Source: an uncultured Klebsiella sp. (lineage in GTDB: Bacteria; Chloroflexota; Chloroflexia; Chloroflexales; Roseiflexaceae). From it: a stretch of DNA of 64,000 nt. The notes under the pieces are model-generated. The model had not been told where the DNA came from, made no database searches, and saw only the letters and a list, made by a program, of their open reading frames with translations. Positions 8,160 to 16,799 of this stretch are shown in pieces (position 1 is the first letter of the stretch; every line of letters begins with the position of its first letter). Location: NCBI GenBank assembly GCA_964482795.1, contig CAYZZI010000013.1, positions 805 through 64,804 on the forward strand, given 5' to 3'. A program made the translations under genes and the position numbers.

Positions 8160-10907
8160 TTAGGCACCAACGGGCTCGTTTTGTGAGGCCAAACTGCGCA
8201 ACACGTAGTGCAAGATGCCACCGTTGCGGTAGTAGTTCAGTTCGCCCTCTGAGTTGATGCGCACTTTGGCCGCAAAGCTGGTCACCTTGCCGTCCAACGT
8301 GGCTTTGACCGTCAAGGTCTGGCCGGGTTGGAGCGTCTCGATGCCCTCAATCTCAAAGGTCTCACGGCCGGTCAAGCCCAGTGATGCAGCGTTCTGCCCA
8401 TCCTCGAAGGTCAGCGGCAACACGCCCATGCCGACCAGGTTTGAGCGGTGGATGCGCTCGAAGCTCTCGGCAATCACCGCGCGCACGCCCAACAAGAATG
8501 TCCCCTTGGCCGCCCAGTCACGCGACGAGCCCATGCCGTACTCTTTGCCGGCCAACACCACCAACGGCGTCTGCTCTTTTTCGTACTGCATGGCTGCGTC
8601 ATAAATCGACATCTGCGTGCCGGTCGGGATATGAACGGTATAACCGCCCTCAACACCCGGCACCATGGCGTTCTTGAGGCGAATGTTGGCAAACGTACCG
8701 CGCATCATCACCTCGTGGTTGCCACGGCGGGCCCCGTATGAGTTGAAGTCAGCCGGCGCCACATCGTGCTCCTCGAGATAGATACCCGCCGGTGAGTTCT
8801 TGGGGATGTCGCCGGCTGGTGAGATGTGGTCCGTCGTCACGTTGTCGCCCAACACGGCCAAGGCTCGCGCCTGACGAATCGACTGCATCTTGGGTAGTTC
8901 TTTGGTCATGCCGCGGAAGTACGGCGGGTTCTGCACATACGTTGACTGGTTGTTCCACGTGTACAAATCACCCTGTGGTACCGGCAACTCGTTCCACGTC
9001 TTGTTACTGGTGAAGACGTTGGCGTACTGCGCGCGGAACAAATCAGCGCTCAACGCCCGATGCAATGCCTCAGCAATCTCAGCCTCTGATGGCCAAATAT
9101 CAGCCAAGTAGACCGGCTTGCCGTCCGAACCCACGCCTAACGGCTCGTTGTTCATGTCAATGTCAACCGTGCCAGCGATGGCAAACGCCACCACCAACGG
9201 CGGCGACATCAGGTAATTCGCCTTGACGATTGGGTGGATGCGCCCCTCGAAGTTGCGGTTGCCGCTCAACACCGCCGAAACCACCAAATCACCCTGCTTG
9301 GCCGCAGCGCTCACCGCCGCATCGACCGGGCCCGAGTTACCGATACAGGTGGTACACCCGTAGCCGATGACGTTAAAGCCGAGTTGGTCGAGGTACTTCT
9401 GCACATCGGCCTTCTTCAGGTATTCGCTGACCACGCGTGAGCCGGGTGCCAACGAGGTCTTGACGTACGGCTTGCGCGTCAACCCACGGGCGACGGCCTT
9501 CTGGGCCAACAAACCAGCCGCCATCATCACCGACGGATTCGAGGTGTTGGTGCACGACGTAATCGCCGCAATCACGGCCGAGCCGTGTGTCATGCTGGTC
9601 TGCGCACCGCCGACCGTCAACGCCACACGCGCATCGGCATAGGTGTCGCTGTGGGCGCCGGCTGTCAGTGATACGGCCGCACTCGGCTTATTAAACACCT
9701 TGCCCATGGCGTCGTTGAACGACGCCTTGAGGCTCTTGAGTGCCACGCGATCCTGCGGGCGGCGTGGACCGGCCACGCTGGGCTCGATGGTTGACAGGTC
9801 CAACTCGAGCAACGAGTTGAAGGCCGGCACCGGCATGCCGTCGACGCGGAACATGCCTTGGGCCTTGGCGTAGGCCTCGACCAACGCCACTTCGTCCTCA
9901 GTACGACCCGTACCGCGCAAGTACTTGAGCGTCTCGTCGTCAATCGGGAAGAAGCCACACGTTGCACCATATTCTGGCGCCATATTGGCAATCGTGGCAC
10001 GATCGGCCAAGCTCAATGCGCTCAAGCCGTCACCACAGAACTCAACAAACTTATCGACCACACCGTGCTTGCGCAACATCTCGGTGACGCGCAACACCAG
10101 GTCGGTCGCGGTGGCACCAGGTGCCAACTTGCCCGTCAAGCGCATGCCGACCACCTCAGGCGTCAACATGGCCAGTGGCTGACCCAACAACACCGCCTCG
10201 GCCTCGATACCGCCGACGCCCCACCCCAACACGCCTAGGCCGTTAATCATGGTGGTATGGCTATCGGTGCCGACCAAGCTGTCTGGCATGGCCACCGACT
10301 CACCGTCGATCTGCTTGACGAGTACGCCCTTGGCCAAGTACTCGAGATTCACCTGGTGACAAATGCCGGTCTCGGGAGGCACCACTGAGAAGTTGGTGAA
10401 GCTCTGTTGGCCCCAGCGCAAGAACTCGTAGCGCTCGCGGTTGCGGCTGAACTCGAGGTCGGCGTTCATCTGCAACGCCATGCCGTGCCCGAACGCATCA
10501 ACCTGCACCGAGTGGTCGATCACCAAGTCGGCCTGTGCCAACGGGTTAATCCGTGATGGATCACCACCCAACTGCTTCATGGCGTCACGCATGGCGGCTA
10601 AGTCGACGACGGCTGGTACGCCGGTGAAGTCTTGCATCAAGACGCGAGCCGGCTTGAAGGCCACTTCGCGCGACCCAGCGCTGGCGGGTGTCCACTTGGC
10701 CAATGCCTCGACATCCTCTTGGCTGGTAAAGCCGTCGCCAATATTGCGCAACAGCGCCTCGAGCACGACTTTCACCGAAAACGGCAACGAGGCTAATGTA
10801 TGACCGGCTATCTTCTGTAAGGCATCAAGTCGATACATTACATACTGCTTGTTGCCGACCTTGAGTGGCGCACGTGCCCCAAATACATCAATCGAACCAT
10901 CACTCAT
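8160..10907 (-). CDS. acnA: Aconitate hydratase A
   Basis: [30 protein letters not shown]...[24 protein letters not shown]...[10 protein letters not shown]...[10 protein letters not shown]...NRNFEGR, with full-length AcnA/IRP-type motifs. The start is taken at the ATG at 10907 rather than the track start at 10949. Confidence 0.95.
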   Translation of the reverse strand: MSDGSIDVFGARAPLKVGNKQYVMYRLDALQKIAGHTLASLPFSVKVVLEALLRNIGDGFTSQEDVEALAKWTPASAGSREVAFKPARVLMQDFTGVPAVVDLAAMRDAMKQLGGDPSRINPLAQADLVIDHSVQVDAFGHGMALQMNADLEFSRNRERYEFLRWGQQSFTNFSVVPPETGICHQVNLEYLAKGVLVKQIDGESVAMPDSLVGTDSHTTMINGLGVLGWGVGGIEAEAVLLGQPLAMLTPEVVGMRLTGKLAPGATATDLVLRVTEMLRKHGVVDKFVEFCGDGLSALSLADRATIANMAPEYGATCGFFPIDDETLKYLRGTGRTEDEVALVEAYAKAQGMFRVDGMPVPAFNSLLELDLSTIEPSVAGPRRPQDRVALKSLKASFNDAMGKVFNKPSAAVSLTAGAHSDTYADARVALTVGGAQTSMTHGSAVIAAITSCTNTSNPSVMMAAGLLAQKAVARGLTRKPYVKTSLAPGSRVVSEYLKKADVQKYLDQLGFNVIGYGCTTCIGNSGPVDAAVSAAAKQGDLVVSAVLSGNRNFEGRIHPIVKANYLMSPPLVVAFAIAGTVDIDMNNEPLGVGSDGKPVYLADIWPSEAEIAEALHRALSADLFRAQYANVFTSNKTWNELPVPQGDLYTWNNQSTYVQNPPYFRGMTKELPKMQSIRQARALAVLGDNVTTDHISPAGDIPKNSPAGIYLEEHDVAPADFNSYGARRGNHEVMMRGTFANIRLKNAMVPGVEGGYTVHIPTGTQMSIYDAAMQYEKEQTPLVVLAGKEYGMGSSRDWAAKGTFLLGVRAVIAESFERIHRSNLVGMGVLPLTFEDGQNAASLGLTGRETFEIEGIETLQPGQTLTVKATLDGKVTSFAAKVRINSEGELNYYRNGGILHYVLRSLASQNEPVGA

Positions 10908-10969
10908 GGAAACAACCCTTTCCGCTTTACGCACCGTGCATATCAACAATGGCGCGTCTGATTGTGTCC

Positions 10970-10975
10970 ATTATA
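10970..10975 (-). promoter_or_regulatory. Candidate -10 box (TATAAT) for acnA
   Basis: The reverse complement of attata at 10970-10975 is a perfect TATAAT, about 63 nt upstream of the acnA ATG. No convincing -35 element was seen. Confidence 0.35.
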
Positions 10976-11007
10976 AAGTGATTTTGCAAATCTGATGCAA
11001 TCATGAG

Positions 11008-11048
11008 TATTTCAAATATATTTCAAATATTCAAATATTTTTGAAATA
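11008..11048. repeat. AT-rich array: three direct TTCAAATAT-type repeats ending in palindrome TTCAAA-N4-TTTGAA
   Basis: tatTTCAAATATatTTCAAATAT-TCAAATATTTTTGAAAta, read directly from the sequence. It lies 100-140 nt upstream of the acnA start. Confidence 0.6.
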
Positions 11049-11106
11049 ATTTTTGGACATGTAATAGAGTGGATTCACCCTGCGACCCATACTAAGTTCC
11101 ACATTT

Positions 11107-11193
11107 AGGCCACCCCGTAATGGAAGAATACAGAAAACACGGCGCACCTCCGCCATCGTATGTGTCGTTCCTATCTGGGTGGCCTCTTTTTTT
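11107..11193 (+). terminator. Orphan + strand terminator-like structure (stem AGGCCACCC/GGGTGGCCT or local GCCATC/GGGTGGC hairpin, then C + T7)
   Basis: 9-bp complementarity between 11107-11115 and 11177-11185, followed by tcTTTTTTT (T-run 11187-11193). No + strand CDS lies upstream. Confidence 0.35.
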
Positions 11194-11226
11194 CACTCTT
11201 CACTCTTCACTCTTCACTCTTCACTT
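11194..11226. repeat. Tandem heptanucleotide repeat (CACTCTT) x4 plus a partial copy
   Basis: cactctt cactctt cactctt cactctt cactt, read directly. It sits between two oppositely oriented terminator-like elements. Confidence 0.9.
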
Positions 11227-11228
11227 AC

Positions 11229-11265
11229 AAAAAAACGGAACGGCGCATATCACTGCACCGCTCCG
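11229..11265 (-). terminator. Intrinsic terminator of the 11282-12094 hydratase gene
   Basis: The minus strand reads CGGAGCGGTGC-loop-GCGCCGTTCCG followed by TTTTTTT (A-run 11229-11235 on the + strand), 17 nt after the stop codon. Confidence 0.6.
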
Positions 11266-11281
11266 CTCCTCAACAGATGAT

Positions 11282-12094
11282 TTACGCAAATGAGACTTCA
11301 ATGGGAGCCAAATCAAAGCCTTCGACCTCGGCACGAATCACGTCACCAGCAGCAACAGTAGGCGGCGGGGTCAACGTACCGCTACTGATGATTTCACCGG
11401 CGGCCAACGGGGCAAATTGTGGTTGATTGGCGGTAATCACGGCGAGTGCCGCCAAGGCGCGCACCGGGTTACCGAGTACAATTTGTCCACTTCCTTCGCC
11501 AGCCAGAGCGCCGTTTTTATAGATACGCCCCTTCACCGTGGCCAGGCGTGTCACGATATCGGCCAAATCGTCATTAGCCGTCAGCATACGCTTGGCACCG
11601 ACATACAAGGCGCGGTGCAACCCGAAGGCAGACACAGCATCAACGCCTTTGAACTGCCAATCGAGGTACGGGCACGAGACCACTTCGTAGCCGAGGGCAA
11701 TCCACTCAACCGACTCAAGTGCTTTGACAGGGTCAATTGCACCGAGCACATTTGCCTTGAGACCGAACATGATTTCGGGCTCGATTTTGGGTTGAAGTGC
11801 TGTGGTCACGTCGTGGGTGGTATGCCCCGCCGTGGTATCGAATACGGTATGCGCATAGACATAGCCCCACACTGCGGTATTCAGGTTCATGCTGGTCCAG
11901 GCAGCCGGGTTCGTGAAGCCGATTTTACGCCCAACCGGCGTATGCCCGGCGGCCACTGCATGATCAAAGTGGATTTTGGCCACGGCATAGGCATCGTGGA
12001 GCGTGTAGCCTGGATTGTTCGAGGGTGGGGTTAGTAGCGTGCGATTCGTACGTGAGTCGATGAACGACTGCGCGATAGCGGCATGATTAATCAC
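11282..12094 (-). CDS. 2-keto-4-pentenoate hydratase / 2-oxohepta-3-ene-1,7-dioate hydratase family (MhpD/HpcG-like)
   Basis: 270 aa. LHDAYAVAKIHFDHAVAAGHTPVGRKIGFTNPAAW and the C-terminal GEIISSGTLTPP...GD pattern are typical of the family. Confidence 0.65.
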   Translation of the reverse strand: MINHAAIAQSFIDSRTNRTLLTPPSNNPGYTLHDAYAVAKIHFDHAVAAGHTPVGRKIGFTNPAAWTSMNLNTAVWGYVYAHTVFDTTAGHTTHDVTTALQPKIEPEIMFGLKANVLGAIDPVKALESVEWIALGYEVVSCPYLDWQFKGVDAVSAFGLHRALYVGAKRMLTANDDLADIVTRLATVKGRIYKNGALAGEGSGQIVLGNPVRALAALAVITANQPQFAPLAAGEIISSGTLTPPPTVAAGDVIRAEVEGFDLAPIEVSFA

Positions 12095-12142
12095 GAACGG
12101 GTTCCTTTCATCTCATATGCCTGTTGCGATTATACGGGTGAA

Positions 12143-14131
12143 TTACTCTGGCCATGTTACCTCAACGACATGTGATACACCCGGGATATCGGCACTTGTA
12201 GCCACTACCACGTGCGGCAGACCATCGAGTCGTTGTTTGAGATCATCGCGACGCACACCGTTTAGCATCACCTGTGCCGTATCAAATGTGCCCACCTGCA
12301 TGGGGAGATTGAGCGTACTAAACTGACTTGAGCTGGTTACTTCGATGCGTATAAAGCCAGGGCGCTTTTGCCAGCGATAGGCCACATAGCCGTCACCAGC
12401 CGCATACCGTGCAACCACATAGGCCTCATTCACGCCGCCGTATTGCCAACGCGGAGTAATCCGGCTCACCTGATAGGCGATACTCGAATCATTAATCCCA
12501 GCCGCTCCCTCCATCAGTGCACCGAGCATGGCTGCCGCCCCCCAGCCATCCGTGGCAATGGTGTCGGGACCAGAGATACCCGGTTCGCCGTTGGGGTAGT
12601 ACCACAAATACGTGCCATTATGCCGGTTGATTAGCACGTGATAGTGACGGAGCGTGTCGAATCCAAACGTCTCCGCCCGAATGGCAAACGCACCGCGCGC
12701 CAATTCACCACCCACAACCGGCATGATGCCACCATTGACATACTCGCCGGGGAGCTCACCCTTGCGTCCAGCCATGCCATAGGCATACGGTGGAAAGGGT
12801 GGATCAATGCTGAACCACGGCAAGAGTATGTTAGGATTTTGGGCGCCCCGCTCGTAGTAGATACCGAGTACTTCTGCGGCTTGTACCGGTGTAAAGATTC
12901 CACGATTAAGCGCATATGCATTCGAGATACTCAACTGCGCTTCCATGTCAACGCCCACAGGACGAAAGTCAGTATCTTCGGGGACAAAGTGACGCAAGAA
13001 TCGGCCATTCCAGTGTAATTCCATCATGCGGCGTTGCATGTCATCGGCTTGCGTACGATAGGCAGTAGCTTGCGTGTCATTGCCCGCTCTTGTCTCCATT
13101 GTGGCCAACATCCGCAACGCCTGAATCAACCCGGTGTTATCACCGTGAAATGATCCCCAGATTGTTTTGTCGTCAATCCAATGGCGTGGTGCCGGTGCCC
13201 CGGTCTCAGGATTGGTCGTAGTCGGACCATACTCAAAATCCCACATGTCAATCGTGTATGGGCGACGAATCAATCCACGCGCATTGTTCCAACGCAGTGG
13301 ATCGCTGGTAATGTACGTGATGGCCTGACGCGCCGACGGCAGCATATCAATCATCCAGGCGTCGTCGCCGGTCATCTGCCATGCTTCGTAGATTCCCTGC
13401 ACATACAAAAACTCCAAATCGGACTCAACTTCTTTGCGACCCGCAGTCACTCCTAACGCTGGTGCATCCACCCAATCAGGCAGACTACCATCGGGGCGCT
13501 GGGCATCGCGGAACGCGTTGATGAGGCTCACCACGTCCTTTTCGAAATAGCGGAATCCACGCCCTTGATAGACATGGTCTCGGAGCCACAATAACGGATT
13601 GTCGGGCGAACGATACCCGCGAATATCCGTCCCATTCAGCGCATAACTGCGCATGCTTCCCTGAATATACGTGACTGTTTTTTGGAAAAGATCGCCAAAC
13701 ACCGGGTCATCGGTGACCAGCATACTGACTGGATCAAGGGTGTACACGGCATCACCAAGCGGTACAACGCCGGTAGTGTTACGCCATTGTGCCTGTGCCG
13801 GACCAATGGCGCCGCGGGGCGTCACCGTCACCGCTGTCGTATCCGCAGTAATTGTGAACGGCACACGGTCGGCTACCATGCCCGTTGCATCAAGAATTTC
13901 GATCGTGCCATCACCGCGTAACCCCGTTGTATCGAGCTGAAGCACAATCGGTTGTAATGGTTGCACACCAGTACTGCGTTGCGGCTCAGGAGTGGCGGGC
14001 ATAGTCGGCGCAATCGGTTCTTCGGGAGTTTGCGGAGTAGAAGAGGGCGTTGGCACCGTTGCTGCGGGTAACGTACAACTGACCAACAGCCCAACAACCA
14101 TCACCATACATAGCATCCGAGACATCACCAA
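12143..14131 (-). CDS. Secreted lipoprotein with probable (alpha/alpha)6-barrel glycoside-hydrolase-like domain
   Basis: Signal and lipobox MVVGLLVSC followed by a Pro/Thr linker. The central and C-terminal region (LWLRDHVYQGRG, DGSLPDWV, WDFEYG, NGGIMPVVGGELARG, TDGWGAAAMLGALMEG) resembles six-hairpin glycosidases. The family is not resolved. Confidence 0.45.
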   Translation of the reverse strand: MVMSRMLCMVMVVGLLVSCTLPAATVPTPSSTPQTPEEPIAPTMPATPEPQRSTGVQPLQPIVLQLDTTGLRGDGTIEILDATGMVADRVPFTITADTTAVTVTPRGAIGPAQAQWRNTTGVVPLGDAVYTLDPVSMLVTDDPVFGDLFQKTVTYIQGSMRSYALNGTDIRGYRSPDNPLLWLRDHVYQGRGFRYFEKDVVSLINAFRDAQRPDGSLPDWVDAPALGVTAGRKEVESDLEFLYVQGIYEAWQMTGDDAWMIDMLPSARQAITYITSDPLRWNNARGLIRRPYTIDMWDFEYGPTTTNPETGAPAPRHWIDDKTIWGSFHGDNTGLIQALRMLATMETRAGNDTQATAYRTQADDMQRRMMELHWNGRFLRHFVPEDTDFRPVGVDMEAQLSISNAYALNRGIFTPVQAAEVLGIYYERGAQNPNILLPWFSIDPPFPPYAYGMAGRKGELPGEYVNGGIMPVVGGELARGAFAIRAETFGFDTLRHYHVLINRHNGTYLWYYPNGEPGISGPDTIATDGWGAAAMLGALMEGAAGINDSSIAYQVSRITPRWQYGGVNEAYVVARYAAGDGYVAYRWQKRPGFIRIEVTSSSQFSTLNLPMQVGTFDTAQVMLNGVRRDDLKQRLDGLPHVVVATSADIPGVSHVVEVTWPE

Positions 14132-15087
14132 TCCTCCATGCTCCAGCGTACAGTACCAAGTGGACCCGCATCAATGATGACGTCATCTCCCGGTACTAGC
14201 CACGTTCCTTCGTTCACACTCAGACTGGTGAGAACACCACTGCTAAATACACTCCCCGCAGGAATTAGACATCCATCGCTGGCATGGGCCGTCACCTCGG
14301 CCATGGTGTAGTGCACATCACGCAGATTTATCTGGGCTACGCGCACATCATTTACGAGGAGCTGCACGGTGATACGCAACCGTCCATCCGGCAACATGAA
14401 CTCTGATAATTCATCGAGTGTGGTAATCATCGGCCCCATGACCACGCCGTTCGGTCGCGCCCAGAGCCCATGGAGCACATCGTCGTCAGCCCGATCACGG
14501 GCCACCACGTGCCCGACAATCCACATGCCCAAAATCGCATTCTGGGCATCTCCGATATCAGCATTCTGCAGATCGCTCATCGTAATCCAGGCAATCTCAC
14601 ACTCCACATCACACATGGTCGTAGTAGGAAACGGCAGCATGGCCCGATCACCGTACAACGATGGTGCCATGGCCGCCCAGAGCGGCGCTCGTTCATACCA
14701 ATGCAGCGGAATATGTGCGCCTTGGCGACGGAGCAACGTTTCGTAGACCTGCACGTGTTGTGCCGTACGCCGCCACGCTACAAGATCCGGGAGTGGCGGC
14801 ATTAACTGCACATCGTTCCGCCGCACCAACATCTCCACACCACCAAACCATTGCGCAACGTCAAGCCCTGACTGCTGTTGACTTGCAACAATCTCCTCGA
14901 GTAACACCACACTCCCCAAATGCGTACTCTCGTGACTCCCACGGATAATTGTTGTAAGCGATAAGGCCTCTGATGGCCGTTCGTCGCTAATTAACGCCAT
15001 ACCCTCATGAATATCAATAATGCCGTGCTCGACCATGACTCCCGCACGCACGCGATCACTTGCCCGTCGAAAACTGACTAAACGCAT
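14125..15087 (-). CDS. Fumarylacetoacetate hydrolase (FAH) family protein
   Basis: MRLVSFRRASDRVRAGVMVEHG..., DVECEIAWI, VVARDRAD, MGPMITT and a C-terminal GSVFSSGVLT...PGDDV pattern. The ATG at 15087 follows GAGGGTGAGGGG. The stop overlaps the start of the downstream lipoprotein gene by 7 nt. Confidence 0.6.
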   Translation of the reverse strand: MRLVSFRRASDRVRAGVMVEHGIIDIHEGMALISDERPSEALSLTTIIRGSHESTHLGSVVLLEEIVASQQQSGLDVAQWFGGVEMLVRRNDVQLMPPLPDLVAWRRTAQHVQVYETLLRRQGAHIPLHWYERAPLWAAMAPSLYGDRAMLPFPTTTMCDVECEIAWITMSDLQNADIGDAQNAILGMWIVGHVVARDRADDDVLHGLWARPNGVVMGPMITTLDELSEFMLPDGRLRITVQLLVNDVRVAQINLRDVHYTMAEVTAHASDGCLIPAGSVFSSGVLTSLSVNEGTWLVPGDDVIIDAGPLGTVRWSMEDW

Positions 15088-15316
15088 CGTACCCCTCACC
15101 CTCTATCTCGCCTCAAATCATCATATCTGAAATATGCAATCTACGACAGGAGAGCACCATCCGTAGCAATACGTACCATATCTTCATCATTGACACACGA
15201 TCGTCCTGATGAATCACAAATATGGGTATATGTTGAATTCATCGATGCATGATTAATCGTGATTTATTGCATCAGAATCACGCATTCATATAATTATACA
15301 CGACCAAAATTCCTGA

Positions 15317-15345
15317 TTGACCAACGATGTCTCATTTGTTATACT
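15317..15345 (+). promoter_or_regulatory. Sigma-70-type promoter TTGACC-N17-TATACT
   Basis: TTGACC lies at 15317-15322, followed by a 17-nt spacer and TATACT at 15340-15345, upstream of the TPR gene. Confidence 0.6.
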
Positions 15346-15411
15346 ATAACTTATAGTAAACCTGTATAAAGTTATGTAATAGTGTTGCCGCATGGGAACT
15401 GGAGCAGAACG

Positions 15412-16497
15412 ATGGCTGACGCAAACGAGATACTCGCACTAGGCATGGATGCCGCCCGAGACGGTAATCGCGAAGAGGCGCGTAATTTGTTTACGTTGCT
15501 AACGCGCCAAGATCCCGACAACATTCAGGCATGGTTGTGGTTAGCGGGTGTATCAGATGACCCACGACAGCGCCGTGCCGCCCTTGAGCGTGCCCTAGAG
15601 ATTGATCCACAAAACGACATGGCATTGCGTGGATTACGTGCGCTAAACGGTGTACAGGGGGGTGAGCGACGGAGCATTGTCGAGGCAGTCAAGCAGACCA
15701 CCAGCAACCTGTTTGGGCGCCGTGGGCGACCGGTACGGCCGAGCCGTCCACTTTCGCAGTACGAAGAGGAATTAACGCGCGAGCTTGAGTCGGTTGATTC
15801 GAACTTATACGACGACGAGGATGACGAACCGCGTGGTCCTAGTCCGGTCATGTGGGGCATTCTTGGCGTACTCGTTCTCGTACTCGGCTACTTTTTGGCC
15901 AGTCAATTTCTGGGGACAGGTAGTGAAGAGAGTGCGGACACGGGTGGCAGTTTGACGGATGGTCTCTTGACCGGCATCATCAGCACACCTACGCTCGAGG
16001 TACCGACCAGTGAGCCTGTGCCGACTGCTGAGCCAACCACGGCACCAACGCCCATCACGGTCGTCCTGCTCAACACCGAAAACACTGCTAAGACGGCCGA
16101 GGGTTGGGAGTACGGTGTACGCAGCCCGGTCATCGCCGGGGTCCGCACAGCGCGATTCCCCAATACAGCACCACAAAATGGAGCATATTACGTGGTAGTC
16201 GTGGTAGCACGCAATGGCACGGGCACCGACCAACCGATTCCTGCCGACTTCTTTGTGCTCCAAGATGATCAAGGTCGTACCTACAACGTCAACGTTGAGC
16301 GCACCAAAGAGTTGCTCAACATCGGTGGCGGTCGTGGGGTGGTCTCTGACATTGATATTGGCGATGTACTGTATAACGGTGGCGCACTCCAGAGCATCGC
16401 ACTCATCTTTGACATTCACACTGATTCAACTAATCTCCGTCTCTATGGCGGGAGCAACCGAAGCGAGGGTTGGTTGATTGCCGAGACGGTGCAATAA
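15412..16497 (+). CDS. Membrane-anchored TPR protein with C-terminal DUF4352-like beta domain
   Basis: MADANEILALGMDAARDGNREEARNLF...DNIQAWLWLAG...ALEIDPQND (TPR repeats), one TM segment (VMWGILGVLVLVLGYFLA), a Thr/Pro linker, then YYVVVVVARNGTG...FFVLQDDQGRTY. GGAG lies upstream of the ATG at 15412. Confidence 0.6.
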   Translation: MADANEILALGMDAARDGNREEARNLFTLLTRQDPDNIQAWLWLAGVSDDPRQRRAALERALEIDPQNDMALRGLRALNGVQGGERRSIVEAVKQTTSNLFGRRGRPVRPSRPLSQYEEELTRELESVDSNLYDDEDDEPRGPSPVMWGILGVLVLVLGYFLASQFLGTGSEESADTGGSLTDGLLTGIISTPTLEVPTSEPVPTAEPTTAPTPITVVLLNTENTAKTAEGWEYGVRSPVIAGVRTARFPNTAPQNGAYYVVVVVARNGTGTDQPIPADFFVLQDDQGRTYNVNVERTKELLNIGGGRGVVSDIDIGDVLYNGGALQSIALIFDIHTDSTNLRLYGGSNRSEGWLIAETVQ

Positions 16498-16715
16498 TGC
16501 GTAATTCCGAATGTGAGGCACTCCTGAAGATTGCCAACCGGCTCTACCAGCAGGGCGATTATCGCCGTGTACGTACGCTACTGGAGATTATGAGCGAAGT
16601 CTACCCACGTGAAGTCCAGGTGTGGACGACATTAGCCATGGTTGCCCACAACGATACCGAAAAGACCGAATATCTGGCGCGAGCCTCACACCTGCAACGG
16701 CAAGCGCACGCATAA
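16497..16715 (+). CDS. Small TPR-like protein (72 aa)
   Basis: The ATG overlaps the upstream stop (TAATG). MRNSECEALLKIANRLYQQGDYRRVRTLLEIMSEVYPREVQVWTTLAMV is a TPR-like helix pair. Confidence 0.45.
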   Translation: MRNSECEALLKIANRLYQQGDYRRVRTLLEIMSEVYPREVQVWTTLAMVAHNDTEKTEYLARASHLQRQAHA

Positions 16716-16733
16716 TCACTGATAGTGCGAAAC

Positions 16734-16764
16734 ACCGAGGCCTGGCACAATGCCAGGCCTCGGT
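16734..16764. terminator. Perfect 14-bp GC-rich hairpin between convergent genes
   Basis: ACCGAGGCCTGGCA-caa-TGCCAGGCCTCGGT. No U-tract on either side. Confidence 0.6.
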
Positions 16765-16799
16765 CTATGTACAGATGGCACGACACGACGTGATGCAAC

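Noticed and set aside
11194-11226. Considered whether any repeat in the window is a CRISPR array.
   Set aside because: The only tandem repeat has 7-nt units with no spacers. No 24-40 nt repeat-spacer periodicity and no cas genes were seen anywhere in the window.
11160-11426. 88-aa + strand ORF covering the heptamer repeat (translates to FFSLFTLHSSLFTY...).
   Set aside because: It runs through a terminator-like T-run, the tandem repeat and the antisense of the hydratase 3' end. There is no RBS. The repeat-derived peptide is an artefact.
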